A DNA stretch of 63,632 bases, counting the filler, from Octopus bimaculoides (Eukaryota), in assembly GCF_001194135.2 (NCBI RefSeq). It is 5 parts of 5 records of this genome, joined end to end, with 100 filler letters (N's around TTAATTAATTAA, not from the genome) between each part and the next. Parts side by side here need not be neighbours in the genome. Positions count along the whole stretch, not along the records: positions 1 to 22,587 come from NC_068987.1; 4 more parts are not named here. One strand, written 5' to 3'. The notes beneath the pieces are model-generated. The model saw only the letters and a list, made by a program, of their open reading frames with translations. It had not been told where the DNA came from and ran no database searches. Positions 1 to 11,258 of this stretch are shown here, piece by piece (position 1 is the stretch's first letter; the number at the start of each line of letters is the position of its first letter). A program made the translations under genes and the position numbers.

Positions 1-186
1 CTGAGACGCCTCGCACATGTTGCTCGGCTCGAGCAATTCGCGCCCCTGTTCGTCTACCAGAGACCGGATGGTGGCTCTGTTACTCCGTTGCGCCTCCGCC
101 ACCCGGGCCTCTCGTGCGGCTCCAACACCTTCATTCCTCAGAGCACGCATCCTTGCCCTGACAGCACACCCTTCGTGTTTAGCATT
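1..186 (-). mobile_element. Tx1/L1-clade LINE ORF2 fragment (linker between endonuclease and RT), runs off the window start
   Basis: Minus-strand open frame NAKHEGCAVRARMRALRNEG...TIRSLVDEQGRELLEPSNMCEASQ resembles the L1/Tx1 'GAxxRSRxxxxxEGE...IxSLxDxxG' region; GC-rich relative to flanks. Confidence 0.6.
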
Positions 187-196
187 GAAGTGATAA

Positions 197-197
<1 letters not shown>

Positions 198-241
<44 letters not shown>

Positions 242-258
242 CAGATAGATAGATAGAC
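198..258. repeat. (AGAT)n microsatellite
   Basis: Direct reading. Confidence 0.95.
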
Positions 259-410
259 AGAAAAACCAGTCACACACTATCGATGAGTTCACTAATATGA
301 AACTAAGGACATACCAAATTGAACTCAACAATGTAAGCTAACAAGCCAATTGCTTCGTTTTTGGATTGGTTTGCAAGGTTCTTTATGTGAGTTCGTGTGT
401 TAAAGCATAT

Positions 411-585
411 TCTGTTGTGTCCGGGGAAAGCCATTCTCTTTTGGTGCTTTATAGTCAAACTACTGAAAAGGTTGCAAGACGCAACGAAAATTTTAGAAAA
501 ATAATAAAGAAATAAGTGGAAATTTTACCAGTGAATGTGTTGAATTATAAGGCACCAAAAGAGAATGACTCTCCCCCTACACAAC
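411..585. repeat. Foldback/MITE-like element with about 31-bp inverted arms
   Basis: 423-453 GGGGAAAGCCATTCTCTTTTGGTGCTTTATA is the near-perfect reverse complement of 546-576 TATAAGGCACCAAAAGAGAATGACTCTCCCC; weak extension via TGTTGTGT/ACACAACA. Confidence 0.7.
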
Positions 586-1489
586 AAACCACTTGTTATC
601 CTCTAATAATACTGTACGTATTTGTAATAAATTATTTTTGAACCTTTTTAAAGGTAGGCGGAATTGAGAAATTGTCGGTATTTTGGCCTCAGATACAATA
701 GAGTCGAGTGTCTTGGTACTTTGGATCTCACCGACGCAGCCACACTTAATATAGAATGCTAAAATTGGCAGTAGCAGCAGAAGCGACGGCGGCGGCGGCG
801 GCGGCAGCAACAGTAACGTTGTTATCGTCGTCGTTGGCATTGTTCTTGAAACATAACCATGAGAAAAGTGCTCCAGCTACAACTTGGGATTTATGTCGAG
901 ACATGGTGGTTCTTCAAGTACATTAAAAAAATAAAGAATTGCGGTTAAATTTTCTTAAATGGTGGCAAGTAGTATGATGGATATTCGGCTGTTAACTTCT
1001 GCAGGTCGAGTGATAACTGAGAAGCTTCCTCCTTAGCTTTTAACAGTAGTTGTAGTGGTAGTGGTTGTGGCACTGGTGGAAAGGGCATTATTATTAGTAG
1101 TAGTAGTGGTAGTAGTGGCAGCAGCAGCATTATTAAAATTTGAAGCCATATAGTTTTATTGCTTGTAATATTGGAATTGACAGCGATTCAACGATTTCTT
1201 AAAATTCCCAACGTAGTTTCGGTTGGAGAATGAAGCTATGGCATTGGTTAATTTCTGGTGAGCAGCAAAGACTGAACAAATAAATAAACAGATAAATAAG
1301 AAAATAAATATTGAAGCACGTAACGATCAAAGCATTTGAAAAATATACATTATCTGCGTGATATTGTTTTCATAATTTGTTCTAAAACACTCCAGAGAAG
1401 TATCATTATGTATATAAATGTAATTCACCTTCTTTGAAACCAAATACATGACAATCTCGGTCCTTGAGTCACTCTGTAACTTTTGCCGA

Positions 1490-1846
1490 TTAGTTGCTGG
1501 AGGGTGCCAGTCGATTACCCTAACCCAGTATGCAGCTGGTACTTAATTTATCGACCCCGAAAGGATGAAAGGCAAACTCGACCTCGGCAGCATTTGAAAT
1601 CAGAACGTAGAGACAGATGGAATACTGTTAAGCATTTCGTCCGGCGTGTTAACGTTTCTTATTTCTTTACTGCCCACAAGGGGCTAAACATAGAGGGGAC
1701 AAATAAGGACATACAAAGGGATCAAGTCGATTACATCGACCCCAGTGCGTAACTAGGCGGAATTTGAACGCAGAACGTAACGGCAGACGAAATACCGCTA
1801 AACATTTCGCCCGGTGTGCTAACGTTTCTGCCATCTCACCGCCTCC
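1490..1846 (-). mobile_element. Two nested or tandem tRNA-derived SINEs (family B, head GGCGGCGAGCTGGCAGAA)
   Basis: Body TTTATCGACCCCGAAAGGATGAAAGGCAAA.TCGACCTCGGC.G.ATTTGAA in the first copy; B-box (GTTCAAAT) on minus strand; second copy carries the CCCACAAGGGGCTAAACATAGAGGGGACAAA tail and an internal deletion. Confidence 0.9.
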
Positions 1847-2289
1847 GATTATTAATAATAAAAAGATGAATGGGTATACATGTTTTGATTTATCTTTTCC
1901 TGTTTCCATCCCCAAACCAACATAAATAATAAGACTATTAAATGATAAAACGACTACAGTTAAAATTGGTTTGCATTTAACAGAACAAACTGGGGCTAAA
2001 CAACACCACCAACAACATCAACAACAACAACAGCAACAACAATAACTACTACTAATGCTGCTGCTTCTTTGAGGAAGCAACAAGTGAGTCGCAAAGTGGT
2101 TACAAGATATTTCACAATTATCAACTAAATCTAATGAAGAAATCATTATTAAAATGGAAGAAGAGCAATTTAATAAAAGGTGTGATTGCCATTGTCAGAA
2201 CGGCATTCATCTCTCTGAACAGTGCTGATCTACGGCTAGACAAGAACAACAACAACAATAACAGGAGTAGCAAAGGTAACAGCGACGGC

Positions 2290-2455
2290 GATACTGAATC
2301 CGAAAGAATGTAAGACAAACGAAGGAAGAATGTTGAACGATGAAACCAACTCCTCCAATAGAATTCATCCGGTTCCCTGCTGTTTCTTCCCATTCCAACA
2401 CTATTTTCAAAAAGCGAGACTTTTGGTTTTTCTTTAACTTATCACGTTTCAACAT
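2290..2455 (-). mobile_element. Possible degenerate RTE-type endonuclease fragment
   Basis: ...LEWEETAGNRMNSIGGVGFIVQH resembles the APE 'GVGFIV' motif; single short motif only. Confidence 0.25.
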
Positions 2456-2599
2456 TCTTTCCTACAAACAACTAGAGTGTGTTCTAAGAAATTTAAATTC
2501 AAGAAGAAAGCTAGAATTTCTCTCTGGTTTACTTTACATTTTTGACAGACGTATAATTCATGTGGTATGTAAAAGATTTTCTTGATTTTCTTAAAAACA

Positions 2600-3080
2600 A
2601 AATATCTAATATTTGTCAGTATTTTGAATAATTGTTGGGTCCTCCACAAATTTATTGGGAGTAACAAGCTTGGGTTAAAATTCAAAATAGTCATCAACCA
2701 TTTTGAATTTGAATCAAAATGATTGACGACTAGCATCAAGCTTGAAACTCAAGACTATATATATATATTTCCTTCGCGAACCCATGGAAAGCGAACTTCC
2801 ACCAACTATTCTGCTTATATGTCTGTGCACACCTTTAAATGCAATGTATACTAGAAAGTTTGCAAATCTAACAGAGGCCTCAAAAGACATTTTAAGATCC
2901 ACAAAGATCAGACATTATGTGCAGCTCTTGGTGGTCCAAATCGGATATGCAATCTATGTGGGTGTCTTTTCAAAACATTGATTGGTTTAAAAAGCCACAT
3001 CAGATGTCATGATATCATGATGGTGCTAAGACTTAGGTAGAGGAGGGGGGTCAAACTCTGCATAAGGAGTAGACAAACGC
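2600..3080 (+). mobile_element. Degenerate RTE-like LINE 3' end encoding two C2H2 zinc fingers
   Basis: Frame from 2834 reads FKCNVY*KVCKSNRGLKRHFKIH...ICNLCGCLFKTLIGLKSHIRCH (C-x2-C-x12-H-x3-H twice; first finger has C>Y and a stop); stop at 3038-3040. Confidence 0.6.
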
Positions 3081-3250
3081 CGGTGTTAAAACGGGGGTAG
3101 CTGATGAAGAAGAATGTTCTCTATGTGGCTTGTATGTTTTCTCGTCTACGTTTTGTTTGCAATGTCCTGTACCCAGATATGCACCTATACATACAGGTGG
3201 ATGTCGGTATGCACATACCTGTACGTATATATGCATATACTCATTTACTA

Positions 3251-3284
<34 letters not shown>

Positions 3285-4493
3285 NNNNNNNNNNNNNNNN
3301 NNNNNNNNNNNNNNNNNNNNNNNNNNNNNNNNNNNNNNNNNNNNNNNNNNNNNNNNNNNNNNNNNNNNNNNNNNNNNNNNNNNNNNNNNNNNNNNNNNNN
3401 NNNNNNNNNNNNGCAAACACACACACACACAGATATATCTACACTTTGAATTCTGTATGAACCAGTTCTCAGTAGAAATAATATGCATAATAATATTCAG
3501 GCATGCGCATACATACACAAACACATACATTCACACACACACACGCACACACACACACACACACACACATCACACACACACATACACACACACATACATA
3601 CCAGGAAAGAAATATTTACAGGCAGCCCCCCTGTACACCACTAATTGACACCCAACAAACCTACATTGCTTTGTAATAAGTTGGTAAACAACTACAAACA
3701 TTCCAAGAGAACTGCGTCTGCAAGAAGCGCTCATCTTTTTGTTAGTGTTGAAGATAATGACGATGACGTTAAGGAGAGAAAAAAAACCATGCAGCTGATG
3801 GAGATGGGAGGATAGAGATTCGAGATGATGAGGGGACGTGATGTGTTTTTTATTTTGTTTGTAATGGTGGCGGCATTTGTGATGATTTATAAGAGTAAGA
3901 CCTAATTGTTTATTAAGACAATCAGTGTAATAGTTTGAAGAAAACAGAGCGCAGCCAATTAATAAAGAACGAACAGCGACATACTTACAATCCGCACCCC
4001 GCCCCACCCCACCCCAGTCGTCTGCTGAAAATATACGCTTTGCGTGTTTACACATTGCGCATAGTTACACCTTTCTTTAAGCCCAAGCACGCGTACACAC
4101 GCACGTACACACGCACGTACACACACACANNNNNNNNNNNNNNNNNNNNNNNNNNNNNNNNNNNNNNNNNNNNNNNNNNNNNNNNNNNNNNNNNNNNNNN
4201 NNNNNNNNNNNNNNNNNNNNNNNNNNNNNNNNNNNNNNNNNNNNNNNNNNNNNNNNNNNNNNNNNNNNNNNNNNNNNNNNNNNNNNNNNNNNNNNNNNNN
4301 NNNNNNNNNNNNNNNNNNNNNNNNNNNNNNNNNNNNNNNNNNNNNNNNNNNNNNNNNNNNNNNNNNNNNNNNNNNNNNNNNNNNNNNNNNNNNNNNNNNN
4401 NNNNNNNNNNNNNNNNNNNNNNNNNNNNNNNNNNNNNNNNNNNNNNNNNNNNNATATATATGGAGAGTGAGAGAGAGAGAGAGAGAGACATAG

Positions 4494-4548
<55 letters not shown>

Positions 4549-4899
4549 GGTATATTTATGCATACATACACACACATATATGTATATCTACACCCATCAT
4601 ATATGTATGCATGTACATGCATATGTGCATATTTATATACATACATATATATATATATGTATATAAATGCATACTATGCATGCACGCGCACACACATCCA
4701 CACATCCACAGACACAAGAATATAAACTCATTATTGTTTTGGATTCAGTTTCATCATTCATGGATGAATAGAGAATTGAGAGTGAGATCTGTTTGGCTTA
4801 ATTAGCCAAGCTATTTCGGTCGGCCACTGGAAGTAGGTTACAGTAATATGACATAGCAACCCTAGAAATACATCTGCAGTACCCACCATCAGCATTTAG

Positions 4900-5420
4900 A
4901 AAAACACTTTACACTCGACACAGCCAAAAATAACACAACATTGCTCATATCTGATTTGGAACTTGGAGGAAAAGTATCCGTAATCGTAACAATATATATG
5001 TTTTACTTTCTGATAAGAAAATATGGTCTCTTCTAGTGGTAGAAAGTTAAACACAGATGATACCATCGTTCGTTTTTCTGAATCTTCTGCAAACTTATCC
5101 TTCTGCTGCCGACCCCATATTTACCCAACAAATAAATGAAAACTAACAACTGAAACCTCTCCAACATTCTGCTATTTGGTCAGGATCATGAAGATCTAGT
5201 TCTATATTTAATACAACTCCGAAAGAGTCTGTACATTTATTAAGAAAACGCATGTACAACAAATCTATTCTCTCTCATGAACAATTTACAAACAATTCTT
5301 AACTCTCTTGAATTATCATTAACTTTTATGACCACAGGCATTTAAAAGAGCAAAGACTGTATAGGAATGGTTAGGCTTCTTCTCTAAGACCAGAAAATAT
5401 GTGAACCCTAAAACGCTTTC
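4900..5420 (+). mobile_element. Old CR1/L2-like LINE RT C-terminal remnant
   Basis: Only fragmentary similarity (RPHI...QHSAIWS...LRKRMYNKSILSHEQF...LNSLELS); many stops. Confidence 0.25.
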
Positions 5421-5530
5421 TGGCAATTTGTAACCAACAGACATGTATTATACAATATTATACTTTAGCAGTTTGAATTCCTCTGCATTTGCATGTAACC
5501 TATAAATAGACCCACACTTAATCGGTTAAC

Positions 5531-5586
<56 letters not shown>

Positions 5587-7069
5587 CCTTACGTAACTCA
5601 TCTCTAACGTTTCTACTAGAAGCATTTTGTACTTATTGTTCAGCTTCATTTCTTCAGTGTTATGGGGCTTCGAAGGTCACATTACCTCCAAAATTTTAAA
5701 TGACAAAAGTTCACGTTTTGATATCACTAACATTGTTCATATCAATTTATTGGCCGTTTGCTAGAGCTGTCTGTAAAGTTGTGATGGTGACCTATAACGT
5801 CTTGAGATCTCGTGGACATAATCAAGAAAGTCGAGCTCGGAAGGATTGAAACTCAAAGTTTAGAAATGTGAAATTAAATACTAATTCGCTTAACTACACC
5901 TTCAGCCATTGCACTGCCATCAAAAACCATTTACGACATCGGTTAACGCAATAAAGAGAACAATATAATAGCATTTATAAATTCTGCACAAAGTTCCACT
6001 TCGTGAGAGGTGATCCATGACTGGTGACATTTAATGGACGGTGGAGTAATACTGGGATAATTTAGCCTCTCCCTCTCCGCTTTCATCTTCCCTTTAACAG
6101 TAAAGTTGAAAAGTTGATAAGAATTTAACCAAAAAGGGAATTCTGTCCTCGTAGCATACTGGTCCCTAGGCAAAGGTCCTTCCGGAAAAGATTAGTTACT
6201 TCGTTTTCGTCAATGCCCAGAGGTCCCTGTAGAGAGCATTACTTTTCTCCACCATTAATCTTCTATAGATTGCTAAAGTGGAATGCTTACTTATCCTTTC
6301 GCGCGAATTGTGGGCGGATGTGTGCATTTGTGTATTTTACGACAATCTTGATGCCTGTCTCCTAGTTTTGATCTTTGTTTCATCCAGGTTGGCAGTTTGT
6401 CAAGTAGACAATCGATCAGTATATAGACATCCCTTGTGTACAGCGCCCACACTGCATACCTTCTAAGAACATCTCCACGTGATGCAGCTTCAGCACATTC
6501 CTGCGCATCAGCATGCACAACATATCCAATCAACCATACAGAGAATATTGGTTGACCAGCGGAACACGTTCCATGTACGAGACATTTAACAGTAAACACT
6601 ACATTGTGTTCAAGTGATAAGGGCAAAGCTGGTGATTAACAATAACGGACGTGATGCACGCATTCGTGAGGGCCTTTGGATTTATAACGTAAAAAGTAGA
6701 AATATAACAATTTATGTGGCCCCATTTTCTTCTTGATCCATTATCTGTCAATGGGTCTGAATATCATTCAAGGAGGAACCTTGTTCTTCTTCACATGATA
6801 TCAGTTCTCCTTCACAATATATGGATACTTCCTCATTGGAAAACGTTTCCTCGCCATACACCTCAATTCATATTTTTATAGTTTTATTATTATTTCTTTT
6901 TTAATACATTGGGCCCTTTATTGTGACTTGTTCTTTTAGATTGTTTGCTCATCACAATCGACCCACGCTGGTACCCATCGTCGTAAGCAGGTAGAATGGT
7001 ACTTCTATAAGGTTGTACTTCTTTGCTTTTAGTTCACGGAATAATTTCATTTAATTTCATAAAGGTTGC

Positions 7070-8257
7070 CAAAATTGGCTTAGACACTTACCAGAAAAAC
7101 TCTGATGATTGGATGTTAAAACTTGTCCCAAAACACAAAAAACAAGAAAGCACCATACTCAGTAACAAAACAGGCAAAGGAATATCTAAGTGAATTCCAA
7201 ATACAACAAATTCCAGAGTTAGACGTACTAGAAACAAGCACAGTAAAAGCTAAGCGTATGAAAACCCGTGCTAAAACTGCTGCCTTAGATATTCTTACTG
7301 ATAAATGGCAACGAAAACCTCTCAATGGCAAATACCCAAAGGGAGTTAATAATGCCGATGCTGACAAAAGCTCTTATGCATCAATGGTTAGTGTTTTCTG
7401 ACTTAAATTCAGAAACAGAAGGGTTTATCATAGCGGCCCAAGATCAATGCCTACCTACAAAAAACTACCATGCCAAAATATTAAAGAATGACAGTAACCC
7501 AACATGTCGTGTATGTAAACAATAAAATGAAACAAGTGATCATGTTGTCTTCATGTGCAGTCTTCTTGCGCCTATGGAGTATCTCAACAAGCATGGTAGA
7601 GCTGCACAATATATTCACTTGGTAATTTGCAAACACCTGGACTTGCCCCATGATAAAAAACTGGTGGGAACACAAACCACTTCCAGTGCTTGAAAATGAT
7701 CACATCTCACTCCTCTGGAACTTCACCAATCCAACTGACAGAAAGATAGATGCATATAGGTCAGATATTATATTGAAAGCCTTCAGACAAAAATTATGCA
7801 ACGTCATTGATATAACTGTCTCAATCGGCATAAATGTATCTGTCAAGACCTACCAAAAACTGAGCAAGTACAAAGATCTTGAAACAGAAATTGGCAAAAT
7901 GTGGAACCTGAAGACTAAAACAATACCTGTTGTCATAGGCGTCCTAGGAATGATAGTAAAAGGGGCTGATTCTTACCTAGCTGAGACACCAGGAAAGCCC
8001 AAACTGGCAGAAATTCAAAAAATAGTGCTCATGGGAACTGCCCATGTCCTACGTAAAATATTGTCTATGCAATTTTAAAACAAACTCATAATTTTCTTGA
8101 TTCCTTAAACATTCTCTAAAACAATACTATGTGGAAAACCAAATATATGGCACCCTAGGCATAACACCAACATGAACTTCTAATTCGTTGTCTCTTGAGG
8201 TCTCTGGGTAAGACTTGCAGCCAACTTGTACAAATGCAATGCAAAAGTCAAACATAA
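7070..8257 (+). mobile_element. 5'-truncated R4/Dong-like non-LTR retrotransposon (CCHC knuckle + restriction-like endonuclease + 3' UTR)
   Basis: Frameshifted frames: IIAAQDQCLPTKNYHAKILKNDSNPTCRVCKQ*NETSDHVVFMC, then WWEHKPLPVLENDHISLLWNF...DIILK...KYKDLETEIGKMWNLKTKTIPVVIGVLG...QKIVLMGTAHVLRKILSM; ends in a (TAA)n tract. Confidence 0.9.
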
Positions 8258-8321
<64 letters not shown>

Positions 8322-8345
8322 GTAATAATAATAATAGTAATAATA

Positions 8346-8389
<44 letters not shown>

Positions 8390-8390
8390 A
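8258..8390. repeat. (TAA)n-(GAT)n compound microsatellite at the element 3' end
   Basis: Direct reading. Confidence 0.95.
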
Positions 8391-8654
8391 ATTTCTTTTA
8401 TTTACTAACAGGGTGAAGGGTGAGGGGGACAATACAGAAGACAGACATGAAATGTGGGCGTTTGCATATAAATGGAATGATGAAATAAAAGGTATACACG
8501 GCGTGCATCAGAAGAAGGGAATTATACATAGAATGTGGCACTAGAAAAATAGGAGGAAAAAGGGATCGTGATGAGATCCTCCTGATGCAGGGGGAGCTCT
8601 AGGGATAATCAAGGAACCCGGCTATCCAAGATGACCCTGTGTACCAAGGACAAT

Positions 8655-8864
8655 TATCCTTCCTACTATAGGCACAAGGCCTGAAATTAGCGGGAGTGGG
8701 ATAGTCGATTACATGGACCCAGTGTTTCACAAGCACTAAATTCATCGACCCTGAAAGAATGAAAGACGAAGTCGACCTCGGCGGAATTTGCACACAGAAC
8801 GTAACGACGGGCGAAATACCGCTAAGTATTTCGTCTGGCGAGCTAACCTTTCTGCCAGCTCGAC
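8655..8864 (-). mobile_element. tRNA-derived SINE family B
   Basis: Matches other copies from the GGCACAAGGCCTGAAAT tail to the CTGCCAGCTCG head. Confidence 0.9.
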
Positions 8865-8898
8865 TTATTATTATCATTATTATCATTATTATTATCGT

Positions 8899-8932
<34 letters not shown>

Positions 8933-8993
8933 GTTGTTGTCGTNNNNNNNNNNGGTGGTGTTCATGTTGTTGTTCTTCTTCTTCCTCTTCCTC

Positions 8994-9047
<54 letters not shown>

Positions 9048-9759
9048 GATGAGAATGTCTGCTTTTGTTTTATTATGGTTTACTAAATATTTAGAAACAA
9101 TTGGCATCAGTGATTCGAATTGTTGCAAGAAGAGAGAAAGAGAGAGAGAGAAAGAGAGAGAGTCTGTGAGAGGGCATGACGGAGAGGAGAGAGAGAGGTG
9201 GGAATGAGAGAGAAAGGTGGTAAGTTTATGAAATACTAGGGAAAACAAACGCCAAATAATATAGAACGAAATGAATGAATAAAAAAATAATAACATTAGC
9301 ATTTCATAGTTAAATGTCAATATGGTTGTTATTAAATTTGTAAATCTGTCTGAAGAAAAGAAAAAATATAAGTAATGCTGACAAATGTAAGTACTTTAAT
9401 GTTGAAAATATGTGCCAATATTGCTGAGGAGCCGACGATTTGATGATGAGAAAATGACGGCTAGATATAAATAAAAGCTGGTGGGAATTGATAGGCATTG
9501 TTGGGATCAATATATATAGTTAGGATATTTTGATGAAAGTGTCAGTATGTCAGATGTGAACAGATGCATTTTGGAAAGAGATTCATATTGAAGAGAGAAT
9601 TACGTAAAGGTTTATAACTACATACGAAGACACGTGTATACTGCTCCACCTACCCACACCAAAAACATAGAATCTGAAAGCATTGACTGAAAGTAATACA
9701 TACAAGTATTTGGAGGGTAGGTGCATAAAGGGACTGTATACATGCATATATATATATAT

Positions 9760-9794
<35 letters not shown>

Positions 9795-9953
9795 TATATA
9801 TATATATATATACATATATATACATATATACACATATATATGTATAAGCACACATACGTATATACACAAAATTTAATGGTAGTTTATATATATATGTGTG
9901 TATATATATATATGTGTGTATATGTATTGATATCTATAGATATATATATATAG

Positions 9954-10692
9954 ACAATAGGGTAAAAAATTGGATATTAATTAATATCAATTTAATACCA
10001 GGTAACCAGCACAATAAAAGAATCAGGGAGATTCAGGAAAATTATCTGAGATATCAAAGGATTATTGTATATGTACATATAAAAATATATATAAAGGAGT
10101 CCACTGGGTGGACTGCCAATGTGCTAGAAGAAGATCACATGTTATGTGTCTACTAAGACCGGATAATTCTCAAACGGAATTCAGCGAAGTAACAAAAACG
10201 TAAAGCGGGCAAGACTAGTGCAAATTACATTAAAAAATACAATTATCTGTAAACGTGTTTCGAAATCAATAGTTTCTTACCGAAAATATTTGTTTCTCAT
10301 CAGTACAGACCGTTGGTTAAATACAATTTATAGGATCGCACACGAAGTTGTACGTTACAAGTAACGCACGTGTGTACGGTTCTATTAAATTATATTTGTG
10401 GTAAGATTCAAAAGCCTTCGTTTTTGCGCGCTAAATCCGGAAATATCTCCGCAGAAAAAAGTTCCCGCATCAAATATATAAACTTTGAGAATTTGGTTAT
10501 GGTTAATCAAATTAAACAATAGGGTAAAAATTGGATGTTAATTAATATTAATTTAATACCAGGTAACCAGCACATTAAAAGAATCAGGGAGATTCAGGAA
10601 AATTATCTGAGATCTCAAACGATTATTGTATATGTACATATAAAAATATATATAAAGGAGGCCACTGGGTGGACTGTCCACTGGGTGGACTG
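9954..10692 (-). mobile_element. Penelope pseudo-LTR / retrozyme-like unit: 562-bp period, about 1.3 copies, with hammerhead ribozyme
   Basis: 9954-10115 and 10516-10676 are ~162-bp direct repeats with a few substitutions; the HHR lies between them. Confidence 0.7.
10246..10309 (-). ncRNA. Minimal type I hammerhead ribozyme
   Basis: TCTGTA CTGATGA GAAAC(~30 nt)GATTTC GAAAC AC GT T TACAGA: perfect 6-bp stem I, intact CUGAUGA and GAAA cores, G10.1-C11.1 pair, minimal stem III, UH = UU. Confidence 0.8.
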
Positions 10693-11118
10693 AAGAATGA
10701 TATTAGGTGCAGTTAGCTTGGTATGGTCATGAAATATATATATAAATAATAAATATATTTTGTGTCAGTTAAGTTGCTGGATTTAAGTTTAGAGAATTAA
10801 AGAAACAAAAGACAGGGAAGAGAAAGGAGAGGAAGGAAAAAAGAAAATATCGAAAAATCCATATAAAAAATATAATAAAATATGATCTTAGTGAATTCCG
10901 TCGGGAAGAGACAACTGGGATATAAAGAAATATAAAAGAATAGTAATTTTCAGAAGGGCCTAAAAGATCAAAAGACCTCTAGTAAGATTCTTTTTCAATT
11001 ATGAGGTAGACACATATAAGCATTAACATAGGAAAAAATACCAGTGAAGTATCGGCATGCTTGGTATCGACAGATCCCACCTCATCAGATTTAATCGAGC
11101 AAAAATTCGCAGCCATAA

Positions 11119-11258
11119 GGCGGTGAACTGTTCAGTTTGTGTTGCGTCGGACAAAGTGCTTATCAGAAGTTTTTTTCCGGCTATACGTTCAAGTTCAAAT
11201 TCCATCGAGGTGGACTTTGACTTTCATCTTTTCGAAGTCGATAAAATAAGCGCTCTTT
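11119..11258 (+). mobile_element. Degenerate SINE family B (5' part)
   Basis: AGGCGGTGAACTG...GTTCAAATTCCATCGAGGTGGACTTTGACTTTCATCTTTTCGAAGTCGATAAAATAAG. Confidence 0.75.

Noticed and set aside
3930-4030. CCAAT and GC-box-like motifs
   Set aside because: Short motifs with no downstream gene or TSS evidence
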